DNA of 64,000 nt from NCBI GenBank assembly GCA_965250285.1, contig OZ252299.1, positions 1,952,001 to 2,016,000 on the forward strand. The letters run 5' to 3'. The position numbers were made by a program, and so were the translations under genes. Origin of the DNA: Myxococcota bacterium (lineage in GTDB: Bacteria; Myxococcota_A; UBA9160; UBA4427). Each line of letters begins with the position of its first letter. Position 1 is the first letter of the stretch. The notes beneath the pieces were generated by a model, which worked only from the letters and a program-made list of their open reading frames with translations, searched no databases and was not told the DNA's origin. Positions 1 through 10,998 of this stretch are shown piece after piece.

Positions 1-771
1 CAGCAGCAGGTCGCGCCGCGCCTCGCGCGCATCGTGACGGTGAGCCAGGCCTCGGCGGTCGAGATCGAGCGCTACTTCGGCATCCCGCAGAAAGACGTGC
101 CGGTGGTCTACAACGGCACCGACACCGATCTCTTCAAGCCCGTGCCCGGCGTCGAGAAGGAGACCGACATGCTCTTCGTCGGTCGCACCGAAGATCGCAA
201 GAAGGGCATCGGCACCATGCTCGAGGCGCTCTCGATGCTGCCCGAGCACGTCACGCTCAAGATCGTCGACGGCCGGATCCCGACCGATGGCCTGGTGCCG
301 CGTCTGATCTCGAAGTACGGCCTGCACGGCCGCGTGAAGATCGTCGATCGCATGCTCACGGTGCCCGAGCTCGTCGAGCAGTACTCGACGGCGAAGGTGG
401 CGATCGTGCCCTCGTTCTTCGAGGGCTTCGGGTTCCCAGCGAGCGAGGCGATGGCCTGCGGCCTCGCCGTGATCGCGAACGCGGCCGGCGCGCTACCCGA
501 GGTCGTCGGCACCGACGGACACGCCGGTCGACTCGTGCCGCAGCGCGATTCGCATGCCATGGCCGAGGCCATGCGCGATGTGCTTTCGAGCCCCGAAAAG
601 ACGGCCGCGATGGGCCGCGCCGCGCGAGAACGCGTGCAGCGCATCTTCCAGTGGAGCGAGGCCGCCGCAGGGCTGGTCGATGTCTTCGAAGAGACGATCC
701 GGGCGCGCCAGGGCGCGTCGCGCATCGGAGGGAGCGCCGGTGCTGCTCACGGTCGACCTCGAGCGGCTTGA
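1..771 (+). CDS. Glycosyltransferase family 4 protein (5'-truncated by window edge)
   Basis: Frame open from base 1; GT4 motif PSFFEGFGFPASEAMACG and VVYNGTD. Confidence 0.9.
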   Translation, partial: QQQVAPRLARIVTVSQASAVEIERYFGIPQKDVPVVYNGTDTDLFKPVPGVEKETDMLFVGRTEDRKKGIGTMLEALSMLPEHVTLKIVDGRIPTDGLVPRLISKYGLHGRVKIVDRMLTVPELVEQYSTAKVAIVPSFFEGFGFPASEAMACGLAVIANAAGALPEVVGTDGHAGRLVPQRDSHAMAEAMRDVLSSPEKTAAMGRAARERVQRIFQWSEAAAGLVDVFEETIRARQGASRIGGSAGAAHGRPRAA

Positions 772-1513
772 CGTCCGCCCCGGCCAGCTGGTGCTCGATG
801 CCGGCTGCGGGGAGGGTCGCCACTGCTTCGGCATGCTGTCTCGCGGCGCGCGGGTGATCGGGCTCGATCTCGACTTCCCCTCGCTGCGCGATGCGAGCAA
901 GCGCCTGCGCAAGGAGGCGGCCAGCGCCGACTCGATCGGCGAGATGATCCAGGGCGACGCGTTTCGCCTGCCCTACCGCGACGGCACCTTCGACCGTGTG
1001 ATCTGCAGTGAGGTCATGGAGCACGTCCACGACTTCCGCGGCGCGGCGCGAGAGCTCGCGCGCGTGACCAAGCCCGGCGGCAAGGTCGCCGTGACGATCC
1101 CCACGACGACGAGCGAGCAGATCTACCTCCGTCTCGGCGACGAGTACTTCGAGAGCCCCGGCGGCCACATCCGCATCTTCTCGCCGCGGCAGCTGGCCGA
1201 AGGCCTGGCGTCGGTCGGGCTCGGCACCGTGGGCGTCGGCTTCGCCCACGGCTTTCACACCCCGTACTGGATCCTGCGCTCGGTCATGCACCTGCCCGAC
1301 GCCGACGAGAGTCGGCTCGTCCAGCTCTACCGGAAGTTCCTGATCCACATCACGGGCTCGAAGCTGATGGATCGCGTCGAGAAGCACGTGCTCAACTACG
1401 TGTGCCCGAAGAGCCTGATCCTGTACGCCGAGAAGCCCCTCGAGCCCGCTTTGGCCCCCGCGTCGCGCGGCACACGCGCGGCCCCCGAGCTCGCGGTGCC
1501 CGCCCCGGCGTAG
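740..1513 (+). CDS. Class I SAM-dependent methyltransferase
   Basis: GTG at 740 after GGAGGGAG; VLDAGCGEGRH, FDRVICSEVMEH, RVTKPGG motifs. Confidence 0.88.
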   Translation: MLLTVDLERLDVRPGQLVLDAGCGEGRHCFGMLSRGARVIGLDLDFPSLRDASKRLRKEAASADSIGEMIQGDAFRLPYRDGTFDRVICSEVMEHVHDFRGAARELARVTKPGGKVAVTIPTTTSEQIYLRLGDEYFESPGGHIRIFSPRQLAEGLASVGLGTVGVGFAHGFHTPYWILRSVMHLPDADESRLVQLYRKFLIHITGSKLMDRVEKHVLNYVCPKSLILYAEKPLEPALAPASRGTRAAPELAVPAPA

Positions 1514-1522
1514 GCGCGCAAC

Positions 1523-2809
1523 GTGTCGCGACCGCTGCGCGTCTGTTTCGTTGCCTACCGCGGCAACATGAACTGCGGTGGACAGGGGGTCTACCTCTGG
1601 TTCCTGGCCCGCGAGCTCGCGCGCATGGGCATCGAGGTCGACACCGTCGTCGGCCCGCCCTACCCCGACCCCATGCCCTTCTCGGGCAGCGTCGAGCGCC
1701 TGCCGAACCGCGAGTTCTGGGGCAAGTGGTTCGGCCGCGACTACCAGGGGATGATCCCCGAACGCCGACTCGACATCTTCCACCCGCTGAATTTCTATGA
1801 GCTCGCCTCGAGCTGGATGGGGTTCCTGCCCGAGCCCTTCGCGTTCAGCGTGCGCGCGCTGCGTCACCTGTCTGCACGCCTGCGCGCGGGCGAGCGCTTC
1901 GACATCGTGCACGACGTGCAGTGCCTCGGCTGGGGTCTGCTCGGCCTGCGGGCGCTGGGGCTGCCCGTGGTGACGACGGTGCATCACCCACTGACGGTCG
2001 ATCGCCGGGCCTCGTTCATTCGCGACGAGAACTTTCGCGAGGCCATCGGCTCGATGCAGTTCTACCCGATCGGGATGCAGTCGACCGTGGCCCGGCACAT
2101 CGATCGCGTGCTGACGAGCAGCGAAGAGAGCGCGCGAACCATCGTGCGCGACTTCGGCGTGCGCCCCGACCGCCTGCGCAACGTCCGCAACGGGCTCGAT
2201 ACCGATCTCTTCAGCCCCGACGCACGTGTCGAGCGCGACGAGAACGAGCTGCTCTGCGTCGGCCGCGCCTCCGACCCGAACAAGGGCATCCGCACGCTGA
2301 TCGCGGCGCTCGCGCGTGTGCCCGGCGAGCTGCACCTGACGCTGGTCGACAACGACCATCCCGGGAACGAGGTCTTCAAGTGGGCGCGCGAGGCCGGCGT
2401 CGAGAAGCGCCTCACCGTGACCGGCCGCGTGCCCCAGGACGAGCTCGTGCGGCTGTACCGACGTGCGGGTCTCGTCGTCGTGCCGTCGCGCTACGAAGGC
2501 TTCGGCCTCCCGGCCGTCGAGGCGATGGCGTGCGAGACGCCGGTCGTCGCATGTCATGCCGGCGCCCTGCCCGAGGTGATGGAGCTGTGCGGCGGAGGCG
2601 AGGTCGTGGCGCGCGACGATCCAGACGCGATCGCCGCCGGCATCGTGCGGCTGCACGATGCGAAGTCGACGCGCCGTGCGCTCGCGCGCGAAGCGCGCCG
2701 ACGCGTGGTCGAGCATCTGTCGTGGAAGACGGTGGCTCGGGCGACGGCGGAGGTCTACGCGGAGGTGCTCGACGAGCGGCGCAGCCGCGCCACGCTCCCG
2801 TCGAGCTGA
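1523..2809 (+). CDS. Glycosyltransferase family 4 protein
   Basis: N-terminal CGGQGVY; C-terminal PSRYEGFGLPAVEAMAC. Confidence 0.9.
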   Translation: MSRPLRVCFVAYRGNMNCGGQGVYLWFLARELARMGIEVDTVVGPPYPDPMPFSGSVERLPNREFWGKWFGRDYQGMIPERRLDIFHPLNFYELASSWMGFLPEPFAFSVRALRHLSARLRAGERFDIVHDVQCLGWGLLGLRALGLPVVTTVHHPLTVDRRASFIRDENFREAIGSMQFYPIGMQSTVARHIDRVLTSSEESARTIVRDFGVRPDRLRNVRNGLDTDLFSPDARVERDENELLCVGRASDPNKGIRTLIAALARVPGELHLTLVDNDHPGNEVFKWAREAGVEKRLTVTGRVPQDELVRLYRRAGLVVVPSRYEGFGLPAVEAMACETPVVACHAGALPEVMELCGGGEVVARDDPDAIAAGIVRLHDAKSTRRALAREARRRVVEHLSWKTVARATAEVYAEVLDERRSRATLPSS

Positions 2810-2830
2810 GTCGGCCGGCGGCTGGTGCGG

Positions 2831-3625
2831 TCAGGCGTCGCTGCGAGCGACGCGCCGCGGGCGGCCCGCGACGACGATGACGTCGGCGAGCGTGGGCCAG
2901 GCCTGCCCCACCCGGTGCATGATCTGGATCGACGCGTCGGCCACCGATCGCGGCAACGCGTGCATGAGCTGCGACCAGCCCGGCATCCCCCAGCCCATCG
3001 ACAGCCCTTCGACGCTCAGGATCTCGAGCTCGGCCTCGCACTGCGCGCGAATCAGATCGACCTCGTACCGCGTGAAGTGGTCGGACGGCGCGTCGTAGCC
3101 ACGCCGATCTCGCAGCGGCCCGACCCCCAGCACGTCCTGCCGAAAGTCGTCGATCGCTCGGCCTGCACGGCACGCGAGCGAGTCGAAGTTCGCGATTGCG
3201 ATCACGACGCGCCCGTCGGGTCGCGTGACGCGCGCCATCTCGGCAATCGCACGTTCGGGACAGTCGAAGTGGTCGAGGGCCCCCTTGCAGAACGCCGCGT
3301 CGAAGCTGTCGTCGGCGAAGGGCAGCGAGTCGGACCAGCCCTGCACCCAGTCGGGCATCTCCAGGTCGTTGTTCGCGGCGTAGAGCTTCGCCATCCCGGT
3401 CATGCGCGACGACGGTTCGGCGCCGAAGGCCACGACGCCGCGCTCGGCCAACGCCATGGCGTCCTGCCCGACGCCGCTGGCCACGTCGAGGATCTTGCGC
3501 CCGGGCTGCGGATCGGTGCGCTCCAGGGTGATCTCGGTCATGCGATCGAACAGAAATTCGCTGTCCGGGGTCATTCCCGTCGGGATGACGTCGCTCATGT
3601 CTCGGTCGAGGTCGACTACGCGCAT
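2831..3625 (-). CDS. Class I SAM-dependent methyltransferase
   Basis: 3' part of ORF 2831..4975 from ATG 3625 (MRVVDLDRD); ILDVASGVG, LPFADDSFDA, RVTRPDG. Confidence 0.85.
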   Translation of the reverse strand: MRVVDLDRDMSDVIPTGMTPDSEFLFDRMTEITLERTDPQPGRKILDVASGVGQDAMALAERGVVAFGAEPSSRMTGMAKLYAANNDLEMPDWVQGWSDSLPFADDSFDAAFCKGALDHFDCPERAIAEMARVTRPDGRVVIAIANFDSLACRAGRAIDDFRQDVLGVGPLRDRRGYDAPSDHFTRYEVDLIRAQCEAELEILSVEGLSMGWGMPGWSQLMHALPRSVADASIQIMHRVGQAWPTLADVIVVAGRPRRVARSDA

Positions 3626-3727
3626 GGCGGCGGACGGTAGCCAGGGGCCGCCCCGCCTGCACGCGAGGGGGCCGGCGCCGCGAGGTGCGGGCCCGGGATG
3701 GACCGAGCAGGTATGATCCTCGAACCG

Positions 3728-4984
3728 ATGACGACCGAAACCGGACAGGAGCCGCTCTCGCTCTCCCGTTCTCTGGTCGAGGCCGGCCAGGCCGCCGGCG
3801 AGCGACTCTACTCGTTTCGTGTCTACTACGTCGCGATCTTCGTCTTCCTGCTGCTCTACCTGTTCACGGTGCGCCTGGCCGAGAACGCCCTGGACGCCCA
3901 CTTCCAGGCCGTCGCCGACAGCGCGGTCATCGTGACCGACCTCGACCGCCCGATCTCGGAGCAGATCGACGAGGCTCTGGTGGCGAACATCGACGGAACG
4001 CGCTGGGTGCGCTGGGGCGGTGCCGAGGTCACCACCCTCGTCCTCGCGAGCGACGGCGTGACCTGGCTCTACGTGAACGGCCGCGACATTCCGCAGCCCG
4101 AGGGCCTCGAGCCGACCGACGTCCTGCGCCAGGCGATCGAGCTTCTGCCGGCCCAGGCCGACGTCTCGGCCTCGTTGCCGCACAACGCGCTGCTCGCGAA
4201 TGCGATCCTCATCGTGTACGCGGCCATCCTGCTCCAGTTCCTCTACTTCTACACCCGCGCGACCCAGCGGCGCGATGGCGCGCGCCTCGACGCGGCGCTC
4301 GCGTCCCGCGACGAGACGGCGATCCGCGCAGAGCAGATCTCGGTCGAGCTCGAGACCGTGCGCTCGCGCCTGCAGCAGGTCGAGCCCGCCGAGCGCGAGC
4401 ACGGCGAAGAGATCCGCTCGCTCCAGAAGGAACGCCTCACGCTGCAGTCGCAGCTGCAGCGACTCGCGACGCGCGAAGAGGAGCTGCGCGGCAAGGCCGA
4501 CCAGGCCGTCGAGCTGTCGCAGGAGGTGCGCGCCCTCGAGGACCTGCTCGAAGAGGCCGGCTCCGACCTCGCGAGCAAGGACGACGAGATCCGGGATCTC
4601 GAGCGAAACCTGAAGAAGGTCTCGAGGGGCAGTGGCTCGAGCAAGCGCGGCACCGATGCGATGGGTCGACGGCTGCGCACGCTCTACAAGGGGCTCGAGA
4701 TCGATGACCGCGCTGTCGAGGACATGGTCGGGCTGGGCGACGAGACCATGCGGCTCAAGGCCGAAGAGAAGCTCAAGCGCCTCGAGTCGGAGGCGGACAA
4801 CGTGTCGGTACGTCGCAAGGTCGGCGGACTGCCCGATCAGCTCTCGATCTTCGAGCTGGGCTTCGCCGGCAAGGGCCGCATCTACTACTGCCGCGGCCAG
4901 CAGCAGCGCTTCCGCATCCTGTGCATCGGCGCGAAGAACTCGCAAGACGCCGATCTGGACTATCTGCGACGCCACATGAGCTGA
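3728..4984 (+). CDS. Two-TM membrane protein with coiled coil and C-terminal RelE/ParE-like domain (start could also be 3698 or 3713)
   Basis: Hydrophobic segments VYYVAIFVFLLLYLFTV and LLANAILIVYAAILLQFLYFY; long E/Q/L/R-rich helical region; C-terminal IFELGFAGKGRIYY...ILCIGAKNSQDADL. Confidence 0.75.
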   Translation: MTTETGQEPLSLSRSLVEAGQAAGERLYSFRVYYVAIFVFLLLYLFTVRLAENALDAHFQAVADSAVIVTDLDRPISEQIDEALVANIDGTRWVRWGGAEVTTLVLASDGVTWLYVNGRDIPQPEGLEPTDVLRQAIELLPAQADVSASLPHNALLANAILIVYAAILLQFLYFYTRATQRRDGARLDAALASRDETAIRAEQISVELETVRSRLQQVEPAEREHGEEIRSLQKERLTLQSQLQRLATREEELRGKADQAVELSQEVRALEDLLEEAGSDLASKDDEIRDLERNLKKVSRGSGSSKRGTDAMGRRLRTLYKGLEIDDRAVEDMVGLGDETMRLKAEEKLKRLESEADNVSVRRKVGGLPDQLSIFELGFAGKGRIYYCRGQQQRFRILCIGAKNSQDADLDYLRRHMS

Positions 4985-5074
4985 ATCCGGCGCGGCCTGC
5001 TCGACTCAACTCGACGTGAAGCGCGCACCGCGGCCACGCATCGAAGCGCGCCGCTCGGTGGCCAGCCGCCCGGA

Positions 5075-5446
5075 TCAACCGAGGCGGTCATGAAGCAGTC
5101 GCTTCAGCTCGTCTTCGTCCCAGGGCTTCGGCAGGATCGCCAGGATCCCGGCGGCCTCGGCCCGCCCGGCCGGCACCTCTTCGGGCCAACCGGTCAGCAG
5201 CGCACGACCGACGTCGGGCCAACGCCGCGCGACCTCTTCGAGCAGCTCGAGCCCGGTTGTCCCCGGCATCTTCTGATCGGAGAGGACGAAGTCGACGCGC
5301 CGGGCTTCGAGCAGCGCCCTCGCGGCATCGGCGCCCTCGGCGAGCAGCAGCTCGAAGCCTTCACGACGCAGCGAGCGGCGCAGTGCGCTCAGGATCCGCG
5401 ACTCGTCATCCACGAGCAGCAGCGTCGGCGCCGCACCGCTAGCCAC
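5075..5446 (-). CDS. Single-domain response regulator
   Basis: LLVDDE, VLSDQKMPGTTGLELL, LLTG and KPW receiver motifs. Confidence 0.9.
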   Translation of the reverse strand: MASGAAPTLLLVDDESRILSALRRSLRREGFELLLAEGADAARALLEARRVDFVLSDQKMPGTTGLELLEEVARRWPDVGRALLTGWPEEVPAGRAEAAGILAILPKPWDEDELKRLLHDRLG

Positions 5447-5523
5447 GCGCTCGGTTCCGACCCGCCGCCTGGCCTCGCATCGTCACCTGCGAATCCATGC
5501 GGCGCGGCCCCTGGAGCGAGCGA

Positions 5524-7167
5524 TCACGCCACCGCGTCCTGATCGGGGGGCTCGAACGGCAAGGCAATCTCGAACGTCGTGCCTTCGCCGACCGTGCTCT
5601 CGACCCGCATGGTGCCCCCGTGACGCTCGACGATCGCGTACGAGAGCGAGAGACCGAGCCCCGTCCCCTCGCCCGGCTCCTTCGTGGTGAAGAAGGGATC
5701 GAAGATGCGATCGACGTGGGTCGGCTCGATGCCGACGCCCGTATCCGAGATCCGCACGAGCACACCCTCGTCGTGCGCCCGCGTCTCGATGCGGATCAGC
5801 CCCGGCTGGCTCGTGTCAAGCCGGGCCTCGATCGCCTGGTAGGCGTTCACGAGCAGGTTCATGAAGACCTGCTTGAGCTGCATGGGGTAACAGAGCAGCG
5901 GCGGCAGCGCGCCGTAGTCTTTCTCGAGCAGCGCAGAGTGACGCATCATCGTCCACACGATGTGGGCCGTGCTGTCGACGCATGCGTTGAGATCGGCGCC
6001 GTCGAGCTCACCCGTGTCCTGATGCGAGAAGTCGCGCAGATCCTGCACGATGTGACGAATGCGTTCGGCCCCTTCCTGGCTCTCGCGGACCGCCTGGCCG
6101 AGGTCGTCGCGCAGAAAGTCGAGATCGATCTCCTGTTTCACGACCTCGAGTGCCGCCGATGCGTCCTTGGCGGCGCCTTCGTCCCCCGCGTCGACCGCGG
6201 CCTTCAGTCGATCGATCGCGGGCCAGAGTCGGTCGAGATCGCCCAGGTACTCGGCCAGCTGAACCAGGTTCGCGTGGATGAAGCCCGTCGGGTTGTTGAT
6301 CTCGTGCGCAACACCGGCCGCGAGCTGGCCGATCGAAGCCATCTTCTCGGACTGCAACACCTGGCGCTGCAGCTGCTTCAGCTCGGACAGGTCTTCGACG
6401 ATCAGCACGGCGCCGCGCGGCCCGATCGCCTCGGCCTGCATCGGCGCGCAAGACAGCCCGACCGGCCGCCGGGCCCCGCCGGGCAGCAGCAGCAGCGACT
6501 CGCGCCCGGGCGCGCCTTCGAGACCATCGATCACCTGCTGGACCCAATCGAGGGCGGCGGCGTCGCCCAGCAGCGACGCCAGTGCGCGCCCTTCGACGCC
6601 GCCCCGCTCGACCTCGAGAATGTGCTCGGCGGCCGGGTTGGCGTACCGCACGATCGCATCGCCATCGAGGACGAGGAGCCCACTGCCCATGTATTCGACG
6701 ACGCTCGAGCTGAAACGTTCGAGCGCGGCGATGCGTTGGCGCGCCCGGCGGCGCTCGCGCTCGGGACGGTGCCGCTGGATCTGTTCGAGGACGACGACCG
6801 CGAGGCCGCCTTCGGAGTCATCTACGTCGGCGCGCACGCAATCGGCGGCGCCGGCTCGAAACGCCTGCACCGCGAGCTCGCCTTCGCCCTCGTAGAGGAC
6901 GACCGTCGGCGGCCCAGCCGAGCCCACGCCGTCGATCACGGTCTTCCAATCCGCGATGTCGACGCAGTCGAGCAGGATCAAATCGGTCGCGGCTTGCCGG
7001 GCGGCCTCGACGCAGGCCTCGGCCGTCGTGACCGCGACGAGCTCGAGCTCGGCACCGATGCGCGTCAATGCATCGCGCGGATCGGAATCAAGGCGCGCGC
7101 GCGGGTCCTCGGCGCCGCGGGGGCGCTCGAAGAGCACGATGCGCACGGTCGTCGACGGAGCGTCCAT
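5524..7167 (-). CDS. Sensor histidine kinase (receiver-like, PAS, HisKA, HATPase)
   Basis: H-box AHEINNP, N-box [34 protein letters not shown] upstream. Confidence 0.92.
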   Translation of the reverse strand: MDAPSTTVRIVLFERPRGAEDPRARLDSDPRDALTRIGAELELVAVTTAEACVEAARQAATDLILLDCVDIADWKTVIDGVGSAGPPTVVLYEGEGELAVQAFRAGAADCVRADVDDSEGGLAVVVLEQIQRHRPERERRRARQRIAALERFSSSVVEYMGSGLLVLDGDAIVRYANPAAEHILEVERGGVEGRALASLLGDAAALDWVQQVIDGLEGAPGRESLLLLPGGARRPVGLSCAPMQAEAIGPRGAVLIVEDLSELKQLQRQVLQSEKMASIGQLAAGVAHEINNPTGFIHANLVQLAEYLGDLDRLWPAIDRLKAAVDAGDEGAAKDASAALEVVKQEIDLDFLRDDLGQAVRESQEGAERIRHIVQDLRDFSHQDTGELDGADLNACVDSTAHIVWTMMRHSALLEKDYGALPPLLCYPMQLKQVFMNLLVNAYQAIEARLDTSQPGLIRIETRAHDEGVLVRISDTGVGIEPTHVDRIFDPFFTTKEPGEGTGLGLSLSYAIVERHGGTMRVESTVGEGTTFEIALPFEPPDQDAVA

Positions 7168-7224
7168 ACGGAGGACTCCTGGCGAACCGGGTGGGCAGGC
7201 TCTCTGTCGGGGGGAGTCGGGAAG

Positions 7225-7596
7225 CTACCCCAGGGTCTTCGGCGCCCCAACCCCGCGCGGCTCCGCCGCGTCGTCGAACGCGTGGGCCTGATCGGCCGCG
7301 TCGTCCCCCGATGCGGACACGGCGGCCGGGCTGCGCAGCTCGGCGACGTTGATGCCGTGCTTGCCCGCCTTGCGGTAGAAGGTGCTGCGCCCGATCCCGA
7401 GCAGTCTCGCGGCCTCGGAGGCATCCCCCCACGTCTCGATCAGGGCGCGCTCCAGCGCGGCCTTCTCGTACGCATCGAGCGAGAGCGGAAGGTTCCGCTG
7501 GAGCCACTCCGGCGCCGCCAGCGCCGAAGCCGGGGCATCGGGTGCCGGTGTGGCTGCGGGGCTCGGGCCCGAGCTGGATGCGTCGCGTTCCGCCAT
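7225..7596 (-). CDS. Stand-alone Fis-type HTH protein
   Basis: LDAYEKAALERAL...GDASEAARLLGIGRSTFYRKAGKHGI matches the Fis/HTH_8 pattern; ATG at 7596. Confidence 0.75.
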   Translation of the reverse strand: MAERDASSSGPSPAATPAPDAPASALAAPEWLQRNLPLSLDAYEKAALERALIETWGDASEAARLLGIGRSTFYRKAGKHGINVAELRSPAAVSASGDDAADQAHAFDDAAEPRGVGAPKTLG

Positions 7597-7603
7597 GCCA
7601 GCG

Positions 7604-7631
7604 GCATCGGCAGATGTTCGGAACGCCTTGA
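7604..7631 (-). promoter_or_regulatory. Putative sigma-28-type promoter TCAA-N16-GCCGATGC
   Basis: Minus strand reads TCAA ggcgttccgaacatct GCCGATGC, ending 7 nt before the ATG at 7596. Confidence 0.6.
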
Positions 7632-7727
7632 GCGGGCGATGCCTTCGCCCGCGCCGCACTCGCGCTTGCTCCGTCTTCCACACGCCTCTATGTTCGTAAG
7701 GCCCCCTCCGCCACGCGGAGAAGTCCC

Positions 7728-9119
<1,392 letters not shown>

Positions 9120-9151
9120 GCGCCGCCTCTCGGCGTCGCCGGAGTTCGCGA

Positions 9152-9628
9152 TTGTCGATTCAGGATCTCGGCAGCGTCGGTGAACTCGTCGCAGCGATCG
9201 CCACGATCGTGACGCTGGGTTATCTCGCGCTCCAGCTGCGCCAGAACACGCTCGCCGTCCGGGCCGGCAGCTCGATGTCGAACATGACCGAGAACAACGC
9301 GGTCACGGCGCTGATCGCCCAGGATCCCGACACCTGCGAGCTCTACTTCGCAGGCCTCGAAGGCACCCGCGATCTCGCGGACGAAGAGCGACGCCGCTTC
9401 GAGATGCTGGTCGCGATGTGGATGATGGTGCTGCAGCAGACGCGCGTCCTCGAGGCCGACGGCTTCTACGACCCCGACCTGGCCGAGGGGCGCCGGGCTC
9501 AGCTCGCCTGGATCACGCAGCAGCCCGGGTTTCGAACGTATTGGGACCGCTGGGGGCCGATGAACCCACCCGGCTTCAGAGGCGAGGTCGAAGCGTTGAT
9601 GGCGACCGCTTCGCGGCCGACCGACTGA
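9152..9628 (+). CDS. Hypothetical protein with N-terminal TM helix
   Basis: TTG at 9152 after GGAG; IQDLGSVGELVAAIATIVTLGYLALQLRQNT; coding-like codon usage. Confidence 0.7.
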   Translation: MSIQDLGSVGELVAAIATIVTLGYLALQLRQNTLAVRAGSSMSNMTENNAVTALIAQDPDTCELYFAGLEGTRDLADEERRRFEMLVAMWMMVLQQTRVLEADGFYDPDLAEGRRAQLAWITQQPGFRTYWDRWGPMNPPGFRGEVEALMATASRPTD

Positions 9629-9641
9629 CGGCGCCCCTTTC

Positions 9642-9679
9642 GCGCACCCCGACTTGTGATGTCGGGCGCTTCATTTTTT
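9642..9679 (+). terminator. Putative intrinsic terminator
   Basis: CCCGAC/GTCGGG stem (9648-9666) followed by cgcttcATTTTTT, just after the stop at 9628. Confidence 0.55.
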
Positions 9680-10005
9680 GCGACGACCTTCCGTTAAGCA
9701 GGTGGCCCGAGCGCGCTGAGACCGGCGCACGCGAGTCCGTCTCTCGCGCACGCCCAGTCGCGCGCGACCGAGCGACGATTTCGTAACACCGGCCGCAAAT
9801 TGGCGTCGGTTCGCTGACGATTCTCGTCCCCTCGCCCGAGTTGCCGCCAACCCGCGCGGCACCCCACAACCGCGCTCCGCAATTTTCGTCCGGCGCGTGG
9901 AACCGCGGTTTCCCTTTTGAAATCGCGAGGGTGGCTCCTTCTCGTCGGCGGTACGGCCGCACCTCCGACGCGATTCGCGCGCAGGCGAGAGCGCGCGCGC
10001 CCGGG

Positions 10006-10022
10006 TTGGCACGGACCCTGCT
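10006..10022 (+). promoter_or_regulatory. Sigma-54 (-24/-12) promoter of the fliA-like gene
   Basis: TTGGCACGGACCCTGCT fits TGGCAC-N5-YTGCW, about 100 nt upstream of the ATG. Confidence 0.75.
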
Positions 10023-10124
10023 CTACCCAGCTGCGAGCGCGCCCGAGTCGGTCAGGGGGGATCGAGGAACGGCGCCCACAGAGGTCGTGAGCGGATGCGG
10101 AACGACGAGGAGAAAGAGGGGACG

Positions 10125-10889
10125 ATGGAAGCTCTGATGCAGGAAGCGCGCGAGGCACACGGTGAGATCCCGGCCGATCTGAAGGAACAGATCGTCCTCG
10201 AGCACAGCCCGCTGATTCGATACATCGTGAACCGGATCGCGGTTCGCCTGCCCTCTCACATCGACCTCGACGACCTGTACAACACCGGCGTGATCGGCCT
10301 GATGGACGCCATCGACAAGTTCGACAACGAGAAGAACTGCAAGTTCAAGACCTACGCGGAGTTCCGGATCAAGGGCGCGATCCTCGACCAGCTCCGCTCG
10401 CTCGACTGGGTGCCCCGCTCGGTGCGCCAGAAGAGCCGCAAGCTCGAGCGGGCCTACGGAGAGGTGGAGCAGCGCCTCGGTCGAAGCGCCACCGAAGAAG
10501 AGGTGGCCGACAGCCTCGGCCTCGAGATCGACAAGTTCCACGTCCTGCTCAACCAGGTGCGCGGCATCTCGCTGGTCAACCTCGAAGAGATTCGAGGCAA
10601 CGGCCAGGACGGCGACCGCACCGGCACCTTCGCCGACATCATCGAGGACGTGAACGCGGAGAACCCCTTCGCGTCGCTCAAGCTCCTCGAAACGAAGCAC
10701 GTCATCAGCGACACCATCGCGACGCTCCCCGAGAAGGAGCGCCTGGTGATCTCGCTCTACTACTACGAAGATCTCAACATGAAGGAGATCGGGAACATCC
10801 TCGGCATCACCGAGAGCCGCGTGTGTCAGATCCACACCAAGTCGGTGATGCGCCTTCGCTCGAAGCTGAAGGGGATGGTCGACCGCTGA
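10125..10889 (+). CDS. fliA: FliA/WhiG-family RNA polymerase sigma factor (sigma-28)
   Basis: GVIGLMDAIDKFD, KFKTYAEFRIKGAILDQLRSLDWVPRSVR, LYYYEDLNMKEIG, ITESRVCQIH; GAGGGG RBS. Confidence 0.93.
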   Translation: MEALMQEAREAHGEIPADLKEQIVLEHSPLIRYIVNRIAVRLPSHIDLDDLYNTGVIGLMDAIDKFDNEKNCKFKTYAEFRIKGAILDQLRSLDWVPRSVRQKSRKLERAYGEVEQRLGRSATEEEVADSLGLEIDKFHVLLNQVRGISLVNLEEIRGNGQDGDRTGTFADIIEDVNAENPFASLKLLETKHVISDTIATLPEKERLVISLYYYEDLNMKEIGNILGITESRVCQIHTKSVMRLRSKLKGMVDR

Positions 10890-10913
10890 TCGCGAACACG
10901 ACCGTGTTCGTTC

Positions 10914-10957
10914 GAGGCCCTCGCACCTCCTGGTCGGTGCGGGGGCTTCGCGTCTTC
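10914..10957 (+). terminator. Hairpin/terminator between convergent fliA and PP2C genes
   Basis: GAGGCCCTCGCACC pairs with GGTGCGGGGGCTTC, followed by gcgtcttct. Confidence 0.55.
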
Positions 10958-10998
10958 TGGGCTCGAAAACCGGGTGAAACGTCGCGGGCGGGCCGGAT

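Noticed and set aside
4694..5075. Classical type II toxin-antitoxin pair
   Set aside because: The RelE-like region is fused in frame to a membrane protein and no antitoxin ORF is adjacent.
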